A program made the position numbers and the translations under genes. A stretch of 56,347 nucleotides of DNA, filler included, from Stramenopiles sp. TOSAG23-3 (Eukaryota): NCBI GenBank assembly GCA_900128585.1. It is 4 parts of 4 records of this genome, joined end to end, with 100 filler letters (N's around TTAATTAATTAA, not from the genome) between each part and the next. Parts side by side here need not be neighbours in the genome. Positions count along the whole stretch, not along the records: positions 1 to 25,993 come from LT642280.1; positions 26,094 to 52,028 come from LT642281.1; 2 more parts are not named here. One strand, given 5' to 3'. How positions within the stretch are numbered: position 1 is the first letter of the stretch; every line of letters begins with the position of its first letter. Shown here piece by piece: positions 18,242 through 28,712 of this stretch. The notes under the pieces were generated by a model that searched no databases, had not been told where the DNA came from, and saw only the letters and a list, made by a program, of their open reading frames with translations.

Positions 18242-19582
18242 TCAGTCAATCAGGCGTTTGTTGTGCTCTTTCTTCTTCCTCCTCCTCCGCTTGCTCTTCC
18301 GCGTTCTTCTCTCCGCATCGATGCTCGGCCCTGTAGATTTCAAAAAACCAGAACGGTGCTGAGAGTTCTGTGTCCCCGAGATGCTCCGAAAGCTGTTCCC
18401 TCCGTTCCCCTCCTGCATCAAGCGCCTCCTTTCTTCCAACAGCTTTGACGAATCGTTTTTCGCGGTCCACACGTCGATTAAGGTTTTCACCAAGACCCGG
18501 CGAGGCATTTCAGCCACCATCGCCTTGAATGCAGACATGCTAATGCTGGGGGAGAGCTCCAATGCCATTTGGCTAATAGCAATGTTCAACTCCGCCGCAC
18601 TCATGCCCTCGTAGTTTGGCCGCCTCTTCGGTATCAAGTCCGCCGCGCTCATGGGCGGCTGCCCCTCCCCAGGGAGGCCCATGCTCCCCCCAGCCCCCTT
18701 CATCATCTGTATCATTTGAAGCTGCTCCTGCACTGCCTTCGCCCCGTCCATTTCTTCGCTGTGGTTGTTGTTGTTTCTTACCGATGGTAAGTGCAGCCCG
18801 CTGGCGCTCCTGCTCTGCTCTAACGAGGGTTGTTCTTTTCTCGACTGTTTTGCGTTCCATAGCGTTGCCAAAAAGTCCGAATCGTTTGATATTTCAATGC
18901 CAGACTCGGGCAGGCTACCCTTGTTGTGCTTCCCGACGTTCAATGCCGGGAGCGACCTGTACCCCCCCCGGTTGCTAGGCTTTTTCCTCCTTCCCATCTT
19001 GGACATGAACTTTTTGCGTTTCTCGTGCTTTTTGAAGTCTTTCTTCCAGTCGCTTTTATTGAACGCACCACGAGCGTTGTTTATTCTCCGAAGCATGACT
19101 TTGTTCTCCCTATTCAGTCTGTCCAACTCGAACTGCTTCGATGCCCGCACGGCCCGTTTTCGCGCCCGTTTTCGCATGAGATCTTTCTGCCGTTCCACGC
19201 CTTTGGAGTTCGTCCGTGTGATCTCTGTCTCTGCCATTTCAATTTTCAGCAACCGTCGAAGCATTCTCTTGTTCTCTTTTACGATCTCTTGTTCCTTAAA
19301 ACGCTGCGCCTTCGCCTTGGCCTCTGACGTATCGAAAAGTTTTCGTTGAATTTTCATCTTTTCTTCGAACCTCTTTCGCTCCCTCCCAATGATCGACTTT
19401 GCGTTAACGATCAGCTTGTAGTGTATCTCTCGGTCCGCAACAACCTTTTGCTGCGAACTCCAATGGCGCTTGGGGCCCAGCGCCAAGTCGTGCTCAGTGT
19501 TGGCAATCAGCCTGGACAAAGGGTGCGGCCCAGGCGATGTGTTCTTGTGCACGCGTTTGTGATCACCGACTCCAGGTAACAT
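18242..19582 (-). CDS. CFAP97/KIAA1430-like (Hemingway-like) cilia-associated protein
   Basis: Two ENxx(M)LRR(L/I) repeats (EIVKENKRMLRRLLKI, LNRENKVMLRRI) followed by WKKDFKKH; ATG 19582. Confidence 0.6.
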   Translation of the reverse strand: MLPGVGDHKRVHKNTSPGPHPLSRLIANTEHDLALGPKRHWSSQQKVVADREIHYKLIVNAKSIIGRERKRFEEKMKIQRKLFDTSEAKAKAQRFKEQEIVKENKRMLRRLLKIEMAETEITRTNSKGVERQKDLMRKRARKRAVRASKQFELDRLNRENKVMLRRINNARGAFNKSDWKKDFKKHEKRKKFMSKMGRRKKPSNRGGYRSLPALNVGKHNKGSLPESGIEISNDSDFLATLWNAKQSRKEQPSLEQSRSASGLHLPSVRNNNNHSEEMDGAKAVQEQLQMIQMMKGAGGSMGLPGEGQPPMSAADLIPKRRPNYEGMSAAELNIAISQMALELSPSISMSAFKAMVAEMPRRVLVKTLIDVWTAKNDSSKLLEERRRLMQEGNGGNSFRSISGTQNSQHRSGFLKSTGPSIDAERRTRKSKRRRRKKKEHNKRLID

Positions 19583-20703
19583 GGTCAACTGCTGTTGTGC
19601 CGGTGCGTAATCCCTTGTTGTTGTTTTCTTGTGTGTGGTGTAAGCCAACAATCTTCTAAATTGTTAAGTGTGAACAGAACTAAAATACTACAGGGCAAAC
19701 ATCTAAAGAGTATTGTTCTTTTATCTATCTAAAATGCAGTATACCAAGTGTTTGCGCAGAACTACTACAACAATTTAATTATTATACCAAATGAATGTAG
19801 GAGGTTATAATAACAACAGATGAAAGACGACTAGCTTAGAGAAGAAAGAAAAAGAAAAGAAGAAAAAAATACAAAAAATAATAGTTCCGTTCAATACTAT
19901 ATATAGACACAACATGTATACATATCAATATAATATATTTTATTCACTCATAATTTGTCAGTACGAATATATGGTACGGTACGGTACAGGTACCAGAGGT
20001 ACCTGGTGTACGATGTATTTAATAATACCTGATATTTTAATACATTTTTATTTTGCTTCTTTCTTCTATCTTCTTCTTTCTTCATCTTCTTTCTCTTTTT
20101 TATATTCAATTGTTTTTTTATATATTTTTATTATTAGTTATTATTATTTTTTATTTAACGAGCAAAAAATAAAAAGGAAAAAATAAAAAATAATAGTATT
20201 AATAATATTTTGAGAGAAGAAGAAAAAGAAAATAGAAGGGAAAAAAAAAAGAAGAAAAAAAAGAAGAAAAAAAAATAGAAGAAATTATTTTTCTATTTTA
20301 TATTAAATATTATTATAAAATTCTCTCTCTCTCCTCTATTATTAATATATTAAATAATAAATACAGGCAATTACCATTCCCTATAATCTACACAGACACT
20401 CATCTTTTATTGTTTTTGGTGGTGGCAGTTACCACGGTACAACAATAATATATAATAGTTACACAAGAGAGACACTTCTTATTTATATCATATATTATTT
20501 ATTGGACTCCAATTTTATATATCGTATTTTTAATGAAACTTCATGGAGGGGAAAGAAAGAAAGTTAAATGCTCGTGTTGTTTGGTGTTGGTATATTTCAA
20601 TTTAAAAAGAACATTTTTTCTTATCTAAACAAAAAGGAGGTGAATCTCTTTAAATGCGTTGCTTCATTTGTTGAGCATTAAAGCTTAAGAATTTAGTAAA
20701 ATT

Positions 20704-21249
20704 ATGTTGAAGGACGAAAAGGAAGCTCCCGGGAACTGCTATGCGCCGGTAGACCGAGACCGGCTAATGAACGACGCCATTAATACCGGGGTCACTTCTG
20801 CATTGATTAGTGGGTTCGCGTTGGGGAATTTGTCGGGCGCGTACGATTTCACATCCAATGACGTCGTTGTATATATGGCGTCGTGTGTTTCCGTTCACAT
20901 GTGCACTTGCGCTTGCCTTTGTAGCGCGCTGATTTACCGAAAGGTGAATATGCTGAAAGATGAACATATTGTTGCTTGGGCGAAGCATCATAACATGTTC
21001 TTGCGCATGCCAATGGCCAAGTTTGCCATGGGTTGCGTTGCCTACTTGGTCAGTGTAATTGTCAAGGCTTCAAGGGATCTTGCAGAGGTGCCACTGTACA
21101 ACTACATCACCTTAGGCATTGGAGTGATGGGGATCATGATGATGGTATTTACGTACTGGTATCTTGTTGTAAGAAAAGAGAAGTGGAAAGTATCCCCTGC
21201 TGCACCAATTCGACCGCCACGACGGAATCCTGGAAAAGCAAGTGACTGA
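20704..21249 (+). CDS. Four-TM protein, Orai-like fold
   Basis: TM1 TSALISGFA vs Orai TSALLSGFA; VSVH in TM2 vs Orai VAVH; four hydrophobic helices with Orai-like spacing. Confidence 0.6.
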   Translation: MLKDEKEAPGNCYAPVDRDRLMNDAINTGVTSALISGFALGNLSGAYDFTSNDVVVYMASCVSVHMCTCACLCSALIYRKVNMLKDEHIVAWAKHHNMFLRMPMAKFAMGCVAYLVSVIVKASRDLAEVPLYNYITLGIGVMGIMMMVFTYWYLVVRKEKWKVSPAAPIRPPRRNPGKASD

Positions 21250-21405
21250 ACTATTGGGGCAAAGGAAACCTCTAAGATTGTATTATTTAACGTCCCGTAT
21301 TAAAAATATATTGTACGCAGTACTTTTTATAATTTTCTTTTGAGTTAATGCGTATTTTTTATTATTCGTGCATTAAAAAACATGTTAATGTTTTTATTTT
21401 ATTTT

Positions 21406-21554
21406 TAAAACAAGAAAATTGGCTGTTATTTTTAAGAGTTTATTTTGACAAAAAGGGTATATTGATTACTAAAAATCAAAAACACCAGCAGGAGAGTTCA
21501 GTTCGCAGTAAATTAATGTTAATACTTAAATAACAGCCAATTTTCTTGTTTTTA
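21406..21554. mobile_element. MITE-like copy of the dispersed repeat family (25-bp inverted repeats)
   Basis: AAAACAAGAAAATTGGCTGTTATTT at 21407-21431 and its exact reverse complement at 21528-21552; internal AGAGTTCAGTTCGCAGTA also occurs at 54748. Confidence 0.65.
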
Positions 21555-21626
21555 TTCGTAGTACTCTAAACGCATTTTGGTTTTATTTTTCAAAATCAGA
21601 GAAGAAAAAATCATGACTGGGGTCCT

Positions 21627-22859
21627 TTAACAGCTGCTTCTGAAGTTGTACTCTCGTTTCATTGTCATTCGGTTCGCGTTGTGAAATGAATTGGATCCTC
21701 TGTACCCCGTGCGCACAGCGTATAGAATATCGCCCTCATCAAAAATCCAATCGACATAATGAAACCCAGTAAACCGTGCCGAATCAATTGGCCCAAACCC
21801 TGTATCGTCTTGGAGCAGAGTTTTGCAAATGTCCCAATGGACCAAGTCTGTGGACCGTGCTAAAACCAAATGGTTTCGTGCATAGATCGTTCCCAACGCC
21901 CGTGCCTCCGGCGTCACGTTATTGCTCAAGGTGTAAAAATGCCCCGACGTTTGGTCGTAGCGGATGACAAATTTCGAGCTTGTAGACGGGAAATCTATCA
22001 TTTGCTGAAACGTTAGAACGTTCGACTCCGAGTCCAATTTGAGCAACGCAGCTTTGTTGTACGTTTGGTTGGTTTGGCCATCAACGCGCAGGATGTCGTA
22101 AACTTCGCCGTTCATTTCCACAGCGTTGCCTTCCTGCCAACCAAATTTTGTTTTATTGCCCCACGTTGATGGGATCATCGCTTCCGAGAGGGTCTCGATG
22201 GAGGAAGACCGCCAAACAGAGGGGTCCATAAGATCGGTATCGTCACTTACTGCGTCTTTCGTCGAGACAATGAGAGCACCAGAATAGTCGTGGTTCACTT
22301 CAAAGGCACGGTAAAGCCTTCCGTCCGTCGAGAGCAGCGTGGGCGTTGGGGCGCAGTGGTAAAATAGCTTTCCCGGAATTGCCGGGAATAAAATCGCAGG
22401 CGTTTCCCACGTCTTCCCGAAATCTTTGCTCCGCGTTATAGAAACGCCCCTTGACATCTTGTCGTCCCCCTGAGAAACTCCCATCATGTATATGTAGTCA
22501 CCGTGGGGGAACAAATTAGCCCAGTACAGTCCACTAACATTCCCTGTGTATTTCCATTCCCCGACGCCCCGGCTCCCTGCCGAGGAAAAAACCTGCACGG
22601 TAACGTTTAAAGTATTGAAGAAGAAGTCATGGCTGCTAATGTACACCTCCGTATTTGGAACCCTTGCAATCGATGGTGAGCCAACGTAGATCTGCTTATT
22701 TTCTGGGCCCACCCATACAACTTCCGTCAAATTCAGCGTCGAGTCCGGGAGCGTTCCGCGACCGACCCTGCATTCCAGCCCGCCCACCCAGCCAGCGCAG
22801 GTATTTTTGGCAGCGCTCGAAACGTAAAAAAGAGATGCGAAGAGTAATAAAGCGAACAT
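21627..22859 (-). CDS. Secreted BNR/Asp-box beta-propeller glycoside hydrolase (sialidase-like)
   Basis: Signal peptide MFALLLFASLFYVSSA; YVGSPSI; Asp boxes SKDFGKTW and STDLVHW; FHYVDWIFDEGDI..VRT. Confidence 0.75.
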   Translation of the reverse strand: MFALLLFASLFYVSSAAKNTCAGWVGGLECRVGRGTLPDSTLNLTEVVWVGPENKQIYVGSPSIARVPNTEVYISSHDFFFNTLNVTVQVFSSAGSRGVGEWKYTGNVSGLYWANLFPHGDYIYMMGVSQGDDKMSRGVSITRSKDFGKTWETPAILFPAIPGKLFYHCAPTPTLLSTDGRLYRAFEVNHDYSGALIVSTKDAVSDDTDLMDPSVWRSSSIETLSEAMIPSTWGNKTKFGWQEGNAVEMNGEVYDILRVDGQTNQTYNKAALLKLDSESNVLTFQQMIDFPSTSSKFVIRYDQTSGHFYTLSNNVTPEARALGTIYARNHLVLARSTDLVHWDICKTLLQDDTGFGPIDSARFTGFHYVDWIFDEGDILYAVRTGYRGSNSFHNANRMTMKREYNFRSSC

Positions 22860-22870
22860 GGTGATGCTGA

Positions 22871-22987
22871 GGATGACTGACTGTGGATGACTGGCTGTGG
22901 ATGACTGGCTGTGGATGACTGACTGTGGATGACTGACTGTGGATGACTGACTGTGGATGACTGACTGTGGATGACTGACTGTGGATG
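22871..22987. repeat. Minisatellite, 14-bp unit GGATGACTG(A/G)CTGT x8 plus a partial copy
   Basis: Eight complete head-to-tail units counted directly; no spacers. Confidence 0.95.
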
Positions 22988-23585
22988 TTCAAAGAAGAAA
23001 TTCAAAGAAGAAGAAATTCAAAGAAGAAGAAGAAGAAGAAGAGAAGAAGAGAAGAAGAAATTCAAAGAAGAAGAAGAAGAAGAAGGGAAGAAGAAGAAGA
23101 AGAAGAAGAAAGAAGAAGAAGAAGAAAGAAAAAAAGAAATAATAATAACATAATAACACAAGTCTTTTTTTTTTTTATTAATCGAAGTCCCTTTCTATTG
23201 TTACCTGTTATATAATAGACTACTAATTTTATTTTTAAATAATAAAATTATCTTCATCATCAACTTTGATATAATAACGTTGCTGTGTAATGCCTGTGCG
23301 TATCAAGAGATGACTACTTGCCTCGGCTCCAACCATTATCACCACAGCAGCGTTAAAACAAATTCTTCAGATCCAAAAATCTATTTTGTTCTTTTGGTAG
23401 TACTTGTGCTTCTATCACACCACAAAGGTTCCTGCACGACACAATGCAAATGAAGAAAAGCAAAAACAAAAAAAAACACTCTATATATTAAACATGTAAA
23501 TATTTATTTGAATTAAGATTTATCTGACATATCTCACCATGCATGATTTACATCTTCGTGATTAATTCTCTTCATCCTCTGGCAA

Positions 23586-25082
23586 TTAGAGCTCATCATG
23601 ACCTTCCCGGACCGTGAACATGTGGCTCGCTTTTTTCTGTAAAAAGGCCAGAATGTCGCCTTCCTCACGCGGCCCGTCGTATGCCACCGCCTTGTCTTTG
23701 TCGAATGCAGGGAACAAGTAGATTTCAGGGAACGCTTTGACGTCAAGGCCGTGCACTTCGTTCGTGTCCCCGTTCATTGCTGCAAATTTAAGGGTCGAAA
23801 CGTAGTTCAGCTTTTTTGCAAGATTCAAAAACTTCGGTTTCAGGGTCTGGCAGTGTGTGCACCAGTCAGCGTAAACCATGACCAAAACGTCCTTTTGTTC
23901 GCTGATGACAGTGTTTAAAAAATTGTCACCGGTAACAGTAGCCATATTTTCTGCATTCTGAAACCAAACCTTTTCCACTGCAACACTGGAATCCTGTGTT
24001 TTGGCCATGCTCCATTTCTTCGCCATGGGTGCAGTGTAGTACGGCTCTTGTGGCAGACCCCCCTTGGACAAAAATGCAGCCGTGTCTGCCTCCAGTGTGT
24101 CGACGTTCATTTTGAACCGTTGCTCCTGGGAAGTATAATCAATTGCCCGTGCAGCCGGCAGTTCATGCCTTGGAATTTTGAAGTATTTCAAAGCGTGCGA
24201 GTCTTCCGAATCGATACCTATGAATAGGCATTTTCGTCGGTGGGTTTCTGCGATTTCGTCAAAGCGTTTTCCCAGCGATACAGAGTTTTCACTCTCTGCT
24301 TTCCATATGAGAAAGACTATACGTGTGTCTCCTTTAATCGATATTTCACGATTTAGTAGCCGTAGCAACGTTCGTGACGGAAAAGAGAGCACAGGTGGCA
24401 AGTCATCGGCGGGACCCTCTGTGACTATCTTGGCGCTGGCCTCAGCCTCCTTTTGAGCAATTGGCGCAGCTTCCTCTTGCGGACGGCTGTCCAGTTTCTT
24501 CTCTTTTTTCGGCAGTTTTGGTAGAGATTTCATCACGGACTGGAATTGTTCTTTCTTTTGAGCCTTGGCTGCCTGCTGCTTGGCCTTCACTGCCGCTTCT
24601 TCTAGTACGTCTTTCATCGTGCGGCCCTGGGCGTACGCAGTTGCGGCAGCATAGGACCATTTGTAGATCTCGACGGCGGTCCTGCCCCCGTTGTAGTCTA
24701 TTGGCGCTTTTCCGTTCTGGAAAAATTTTATTGCTGGAAAAGCATTGATGGAAAAGAAACCTTTCAGCATATCTTCTTCAATAGCGTCTACTTTTGCCAG
24801 AAGGATGTCGACTTTCTCCTCCTTCAACTGCGCTGCGGCTTCTTCAAACTCCGGCAGCAGCTTTTTACAGTGACCGCACCAAGGGGCATAAAACTCCACC
24901 AAGACGTTGTTGTTTGTCTCTAAAGTGGACATAAAATTCGAAAAGCTGAGCGCTGGCACATTGCCGCTGGCATCGCCACTGTTGTTCGGCGAGTCGTCCG
25001 CCCTAGCCAAGTCGATTTGCTGCCCAACGACTGCCAATACGAAGAACAGGACCAACGGCGGCCCGACTTGTGAAACCCTCAT
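23586..25082 (-). CDS. PDI: Protein disulfide isomerase (ER)
   Basis: Signal peptide from ATG 25082; thioredoxin sites WCGHC and WCTHC; C-terminal HDEL. Confidence 0.93.
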   Translation of the reverse strand: MRVSQVGPPLVLFFVLAVVGQQIDLARADDSPNNSGDASGNVPALSFSNFMSTLETNNNVLVEFYAPWCGHCKKLLPEFEEAAAQLKEEKVDILLAKVDAIEEDMLKGFFSINAFPAIKFFQNGKAPIDYNGGRTAVEIYKWSYAAATAYAQGRTMKDVLEEAAVKAKQQAAKAQKKEQFQSVMKSLPKLPKKEKKLDSRPQEEAAPIAQKEAEASAKIVTEGPADDLPPVLSFPSRTLLRLLNREISIKGDTRIVFLIWKAESENSVSLGKRFDEIAETHRRKCLFIGIDSEDSHALKYFKIPRHELPAARAIDYTSQEQRFKMNVDTLEADTAAFLSKGGLPQEPYYTAPMAKKWSMAKTQDSSVAVEKVWFQNAENMATVTGDNFLNTVISEQKDVLVMVYADWCTHCQTLKPKFLNLAKKLNYVSTLKFAAMNGDTNEVHGLDVKAFPEIYLFPAFDKDKAVAYDGPREEGDILAFLQKKASHMFTVREGHDEL

Positions 25083-25914
25083 GTTACAAATGGTAAATAA
25101 AATCACCGAACCAGAACTATGGTATTGCGTGTGTAAATAATGGTGAAGAAATTGTTTAAATTTACCTTTTTGCAAACCCTCGTTAAAATTCAGTCGTAAA
25201 ATTGTATGTATGTATGTATATATTCTGCAAGAACATAAATGATGTCCTCCAAAGAAGGTACAGGTACGGTACCATGTACCGGTACCGGTATAGATATTAT
25301 ATAGAAGAAGAATATTAAGTACAACAAAAATTTTAATTTTATTATTATTTTTTTTTATTTATTTTTTTCGCGAAGAAGAAGAAGATAAAAGAACGAAGAC
25401 GACAATCAACTGCCACACTTTCATCCACCCACCCGAGCCCCCAGCCCCCAGCCCCTCTCTCTCTCTCTCTCTTTTGGACTCCTCGTAGTTTTTCTATAGT
25501 TTCTAAATATTTAAGTATTTAAGATACGGTAGTCGTCTATTATAATTTTAGTATTAATATGTTTAGGTATTTGTTTCTTTAGTATACAAAACTAGCCAAT
25601 TTATAATTTTAATGTTAGCTATTTATTCGCTTCATCGAAGAAAGTGAAAAGAAAGGGTTTTATAAGTTTTACATTCTAAATTAGAATAAGAAATGTACTA
25701 TATATAAATCAAAGGAATGAATGGAAACCCTACATAATATAAAATCATGAATCCTTTTTAATATGAATGTTCTCTATCATGATGTAGTTAATTATTAATA
25801 CTGTTTATAATATAATATCATAATAATATTTTATCCATATTTTTCAAATAGTATTTTAGGTATAACTCTAAAATATGAAATTCAAATAATTCAAATCCGG
25901 AAGTATAACTGTAT

Positions 25915-25945
<31 letters not shown>

Positions 25946-25950
25946 GTCGA

Positions 25951-25993
<43 letters not shown>
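25915..25993. repeat. (AAAG)n microsatellite at contig end
   Basis: Direct reading; runs into the N gap. Confidence 0.9.
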
Positions 25994-26093
25994 NNNNNNN
26001 NNNNNNNNNNNNNNNNNNNNNNNNNNNNNNNNNNNNNTTAATTAATTAANNNNNNNNNNNNNNNNNNNNNNNNNNNNNNNNNNNNNNNNNNNN
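25994..26093. other. Artificial contig linker (N44-TTAATTAATTAA-N44)
   Basis: Identical 100-bp structure occurs three times; TTAATTAATTAA gives stops in all six frames. Confidence 0.97.
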
Positions 26094-26458
26094 AAACTTG
26101 GCAAAAACACGTCGAACTTTTTGCTGTCCGCGAACGCCATCCCTACGCAGCCCGAGACGGTCAACACCGTGGCAACGGACAGCGTCTTTTGAGGCCCAAA
26201 CCTGTCGAGAAAGACGCCAACCGGCAGGGACATGAACGACAAGACAAAGGTGGCAAGGACGAAGCACAGGGAAAACTTGTCCTCCTGCTCTTCGCATGGG
26301 ACATGTCCATCTTTGCACAGCTCTGAGTACACTCCCTCTTTTTCAAGAAGCAGCAGAAGGGGGGCATACCCAAAGATAATCCCTGAGAAGAACAAGCAAG
26401 ACAACAGTACAAAAAACACCAACGGTGCGGCGCTAGGTGGTTTGCCCTCGTCTACCAT
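26094..26458 (-). CDS. MFS transporter, SLC43/LAT3/Fmp42-like; 3' end lost in gap
   Basis: SGIIFGYAPL..LEKEGVYSELC, C..Q..KFSL and LPVGVFLDRFGP motifs; ATG 26458. Confidence 0.8.
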
Positions 26459-27009
26459 CACAGCTTTACACCCGAAAATATAAACAAGAGAATAAATTGA
26501 AGAAGAAGAAAAAGAAACACACAACAACTGGGCAACACAAAAGTATGGCAACGTACGAATTCCCACCCAAACTGGTCAAAATATATTACAACGAAGTTTT
26601 CTTTCCCTTTGTTTTTCTTTCCTTTTGTTTTTCATTCTGGTTGTTTCTGTTTCTTGTTGCTTTCTTCTTCTGATGGTAAATAATATATTAGACGACTACT
26701 AACTATGTTCTTTTCTACGCCGCGCGCGCGAGACGACGAACGAAGATGATGAGCTGATTATTATTATTATTAATAATATATTAAAGAAAGAAGAATTCAT
26801 TTTTAAAAAATTAATTTATATGCTATGTGGTGTATTAACATTATTTTATAATTTGTGGTTTTGATGAAGAAATAATATAAAAAATGAAAGAAGAAATAAA
26901 AGAAGAAGAAGAAGAAGGGAAAACACTAAAAAAAGATATTTTATACCATTCGATATTAATATTAAATATTATATTATTATAATACTGTGTTTATGTATAT
27001 TTAATAAAA

Positions 27010-27350
27010 GAAATAGGAAGGAAGAAGAAGAAAGAAAGAAATAAAAGAAGAAGGAAGTATTAAAAAAATTAAATAAAAGAACAAGAAGAAATAAAAGAAG
27101 AAGAATTTAATAAAAGAAGAAGGAAGGAAGAAGAATTAAAAGAAGAAGAAAAGAAGAATTAAAAGAAGAAGAAAGAAGAATTAAAAGAAGAAGAAGAAGA
27201 AAGAAGAAGAATAATTAAAAGAAGAAGAATAATTAAAAGAAGAAGAAGAAGAAAGAAGAAGAATATTATAATTAAAAGAAGAAGAAATAAAAGAAGAAAT
27301 AAAAGAAGAAGAAGAAAATAATAAGAATTAAAAGAAGAAGAAGAAGAATT
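27010..27350. repeat. GAA-rich low-complexity tract
   Basis: Degenerate (GAA)n and TAAAAGAAGAAG units. Confidence 0.85.
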
Positions 27351-27571
27351 AAAATATTAATAATAATAATAAGAAGAGGAAACTCTTTTGAACTTGTTTG
27401 TTAATTTTTTTAAATCTGAATATATATATTATATGGTTGCAAAGAATGATGTAATATATAGAATGAAGTTTTAAAATTACATTAAAGGAAGAAAACGAAG
27501 GAACATATGAATTTGTTTTGGGGTTTTTGTTGTTGAAACGAACCGAACGCAATTACTATATATACAATACA

Positions 27572-28168
27572 ATGCTTTTACGTTTGGCACGTACAGCTCA
27601 GAAAGTAGGAATGGGGAGCAGCAGGCGTTGGATGTCCTTTTCTTACCCGGCGCCCCGGGCTTTGGCGGAGATAACCAATTTGCCATTGTTAGAACTTGAA
27701 GATGCCAAAAGCGTGAAGGCTATATGGGAAGGACACCATAAAGAACAGAATACGTGCGTTGCCGGAACCTTGTCAGGGGCACAGTACGACCTACTGGAGA
27801 GCAGGGCGGCGAGTAGTCCTTTTTTCGTCTTTCCGGTTCCGCGGGACGGAGGGCACTTCATACTGTTGTCCCAAGCGCAAGGCAAGCACTTTTTGTTCAC
27901 GTTCCTCGAGGACTACAAGAACAACCCCGAGACAGCCACCCCTTACTTTTCATTAACGATGTACGACGATTTTAAAGAGACGAAAGACTTAGTGTTGGCG
28001 AGAGGAGACATTAGCGACATGATGAAAAGGTCAGAGGCGCAACGAATCTTGGAATTCACAACCTCGTTCTACTTGGACAATTACGAAGCCGTGGAAGCGT
28101 TCAACCACACGCCTGAAAAGTTCGACTTCGCTGCTCACGTGGATGAATGCTTGGGAAACAAGAGTTAA
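27572..28168 (+). CDS. ATP11: Mitochondrial F1-ATPase assembly factor ATP11/ATPAF1
   Basis: Arg-rich presequence; IWEGHH, PFFVFPVPRDGG, FTFLEDYK, LVLARGDI and FNHTPEKFD blocks. Confidence 0.88.
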   Translation: MLLRLARTAQKVGMGSSRRWMSFSYPAPRALAEITNLPLLELEDAKSVKAIWEGHHKEQNTCVAGTLSGAQYDLLESRAASSPFFVFPVPRDGGHFILLSQAQGKHFLFTFLEDYKNNPETATPYFSLTMYDDFKETKDLVLARGDISDMMKRSEAQRILEFTTSFYLDNYEAVEAFNHTPEKFDFAAHVDECLGNKS

Positions 28169-28712
28169 ATACGCAGTCATCTCTTAGTACATATCAAATC
28201 ATGGAGGCCTTTTAATTTTTTAAAATGAAAAAAACATTTTTTTAATAAGAATTAGTATAATCCTTCCGCACCTCTCCCTCAAACAAAAACAAACCAATTG
28301 TTTATTTTGAAATGTCAACAAAAATATATAACATGAATTACGAAATTGACAATTGGCAAAATAAAATAATTAATAAACTTCTTAACTTCTTACGACAACA
28401 TTTTGTTTCTTTTTTCTGTTTGTTGTGATCGACGATGATGATGAAATAATATTTACATAATATTTTTACACAAAAAAAAAATCGCCGTCCGTCCGTCTTC
28501 CGCGAGAGAAGAAAAAGAGAGAAAGAAATCAAATAATCTCCTTAAAAATTTTGTTTCCAATTTTCTTCTACTAAAATACAGAATATTGTAGAACATATTC
28601 TTCGTTCCCGGTGCCCGCGCCCGACTTTTGTCTGTCTCACGTCGATCATCCCAATTGTTAATATACACAAGAATAGAATCGTGGAGGGAATTCTTTCATT
28701 GCTCGTCCAACC

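Noticed and set aside
22871-22987. Possible CRISPR array
   Set aside because: Units are head-to-tail 14-mers without unique spacers; no cas genes; eukaryotic context.
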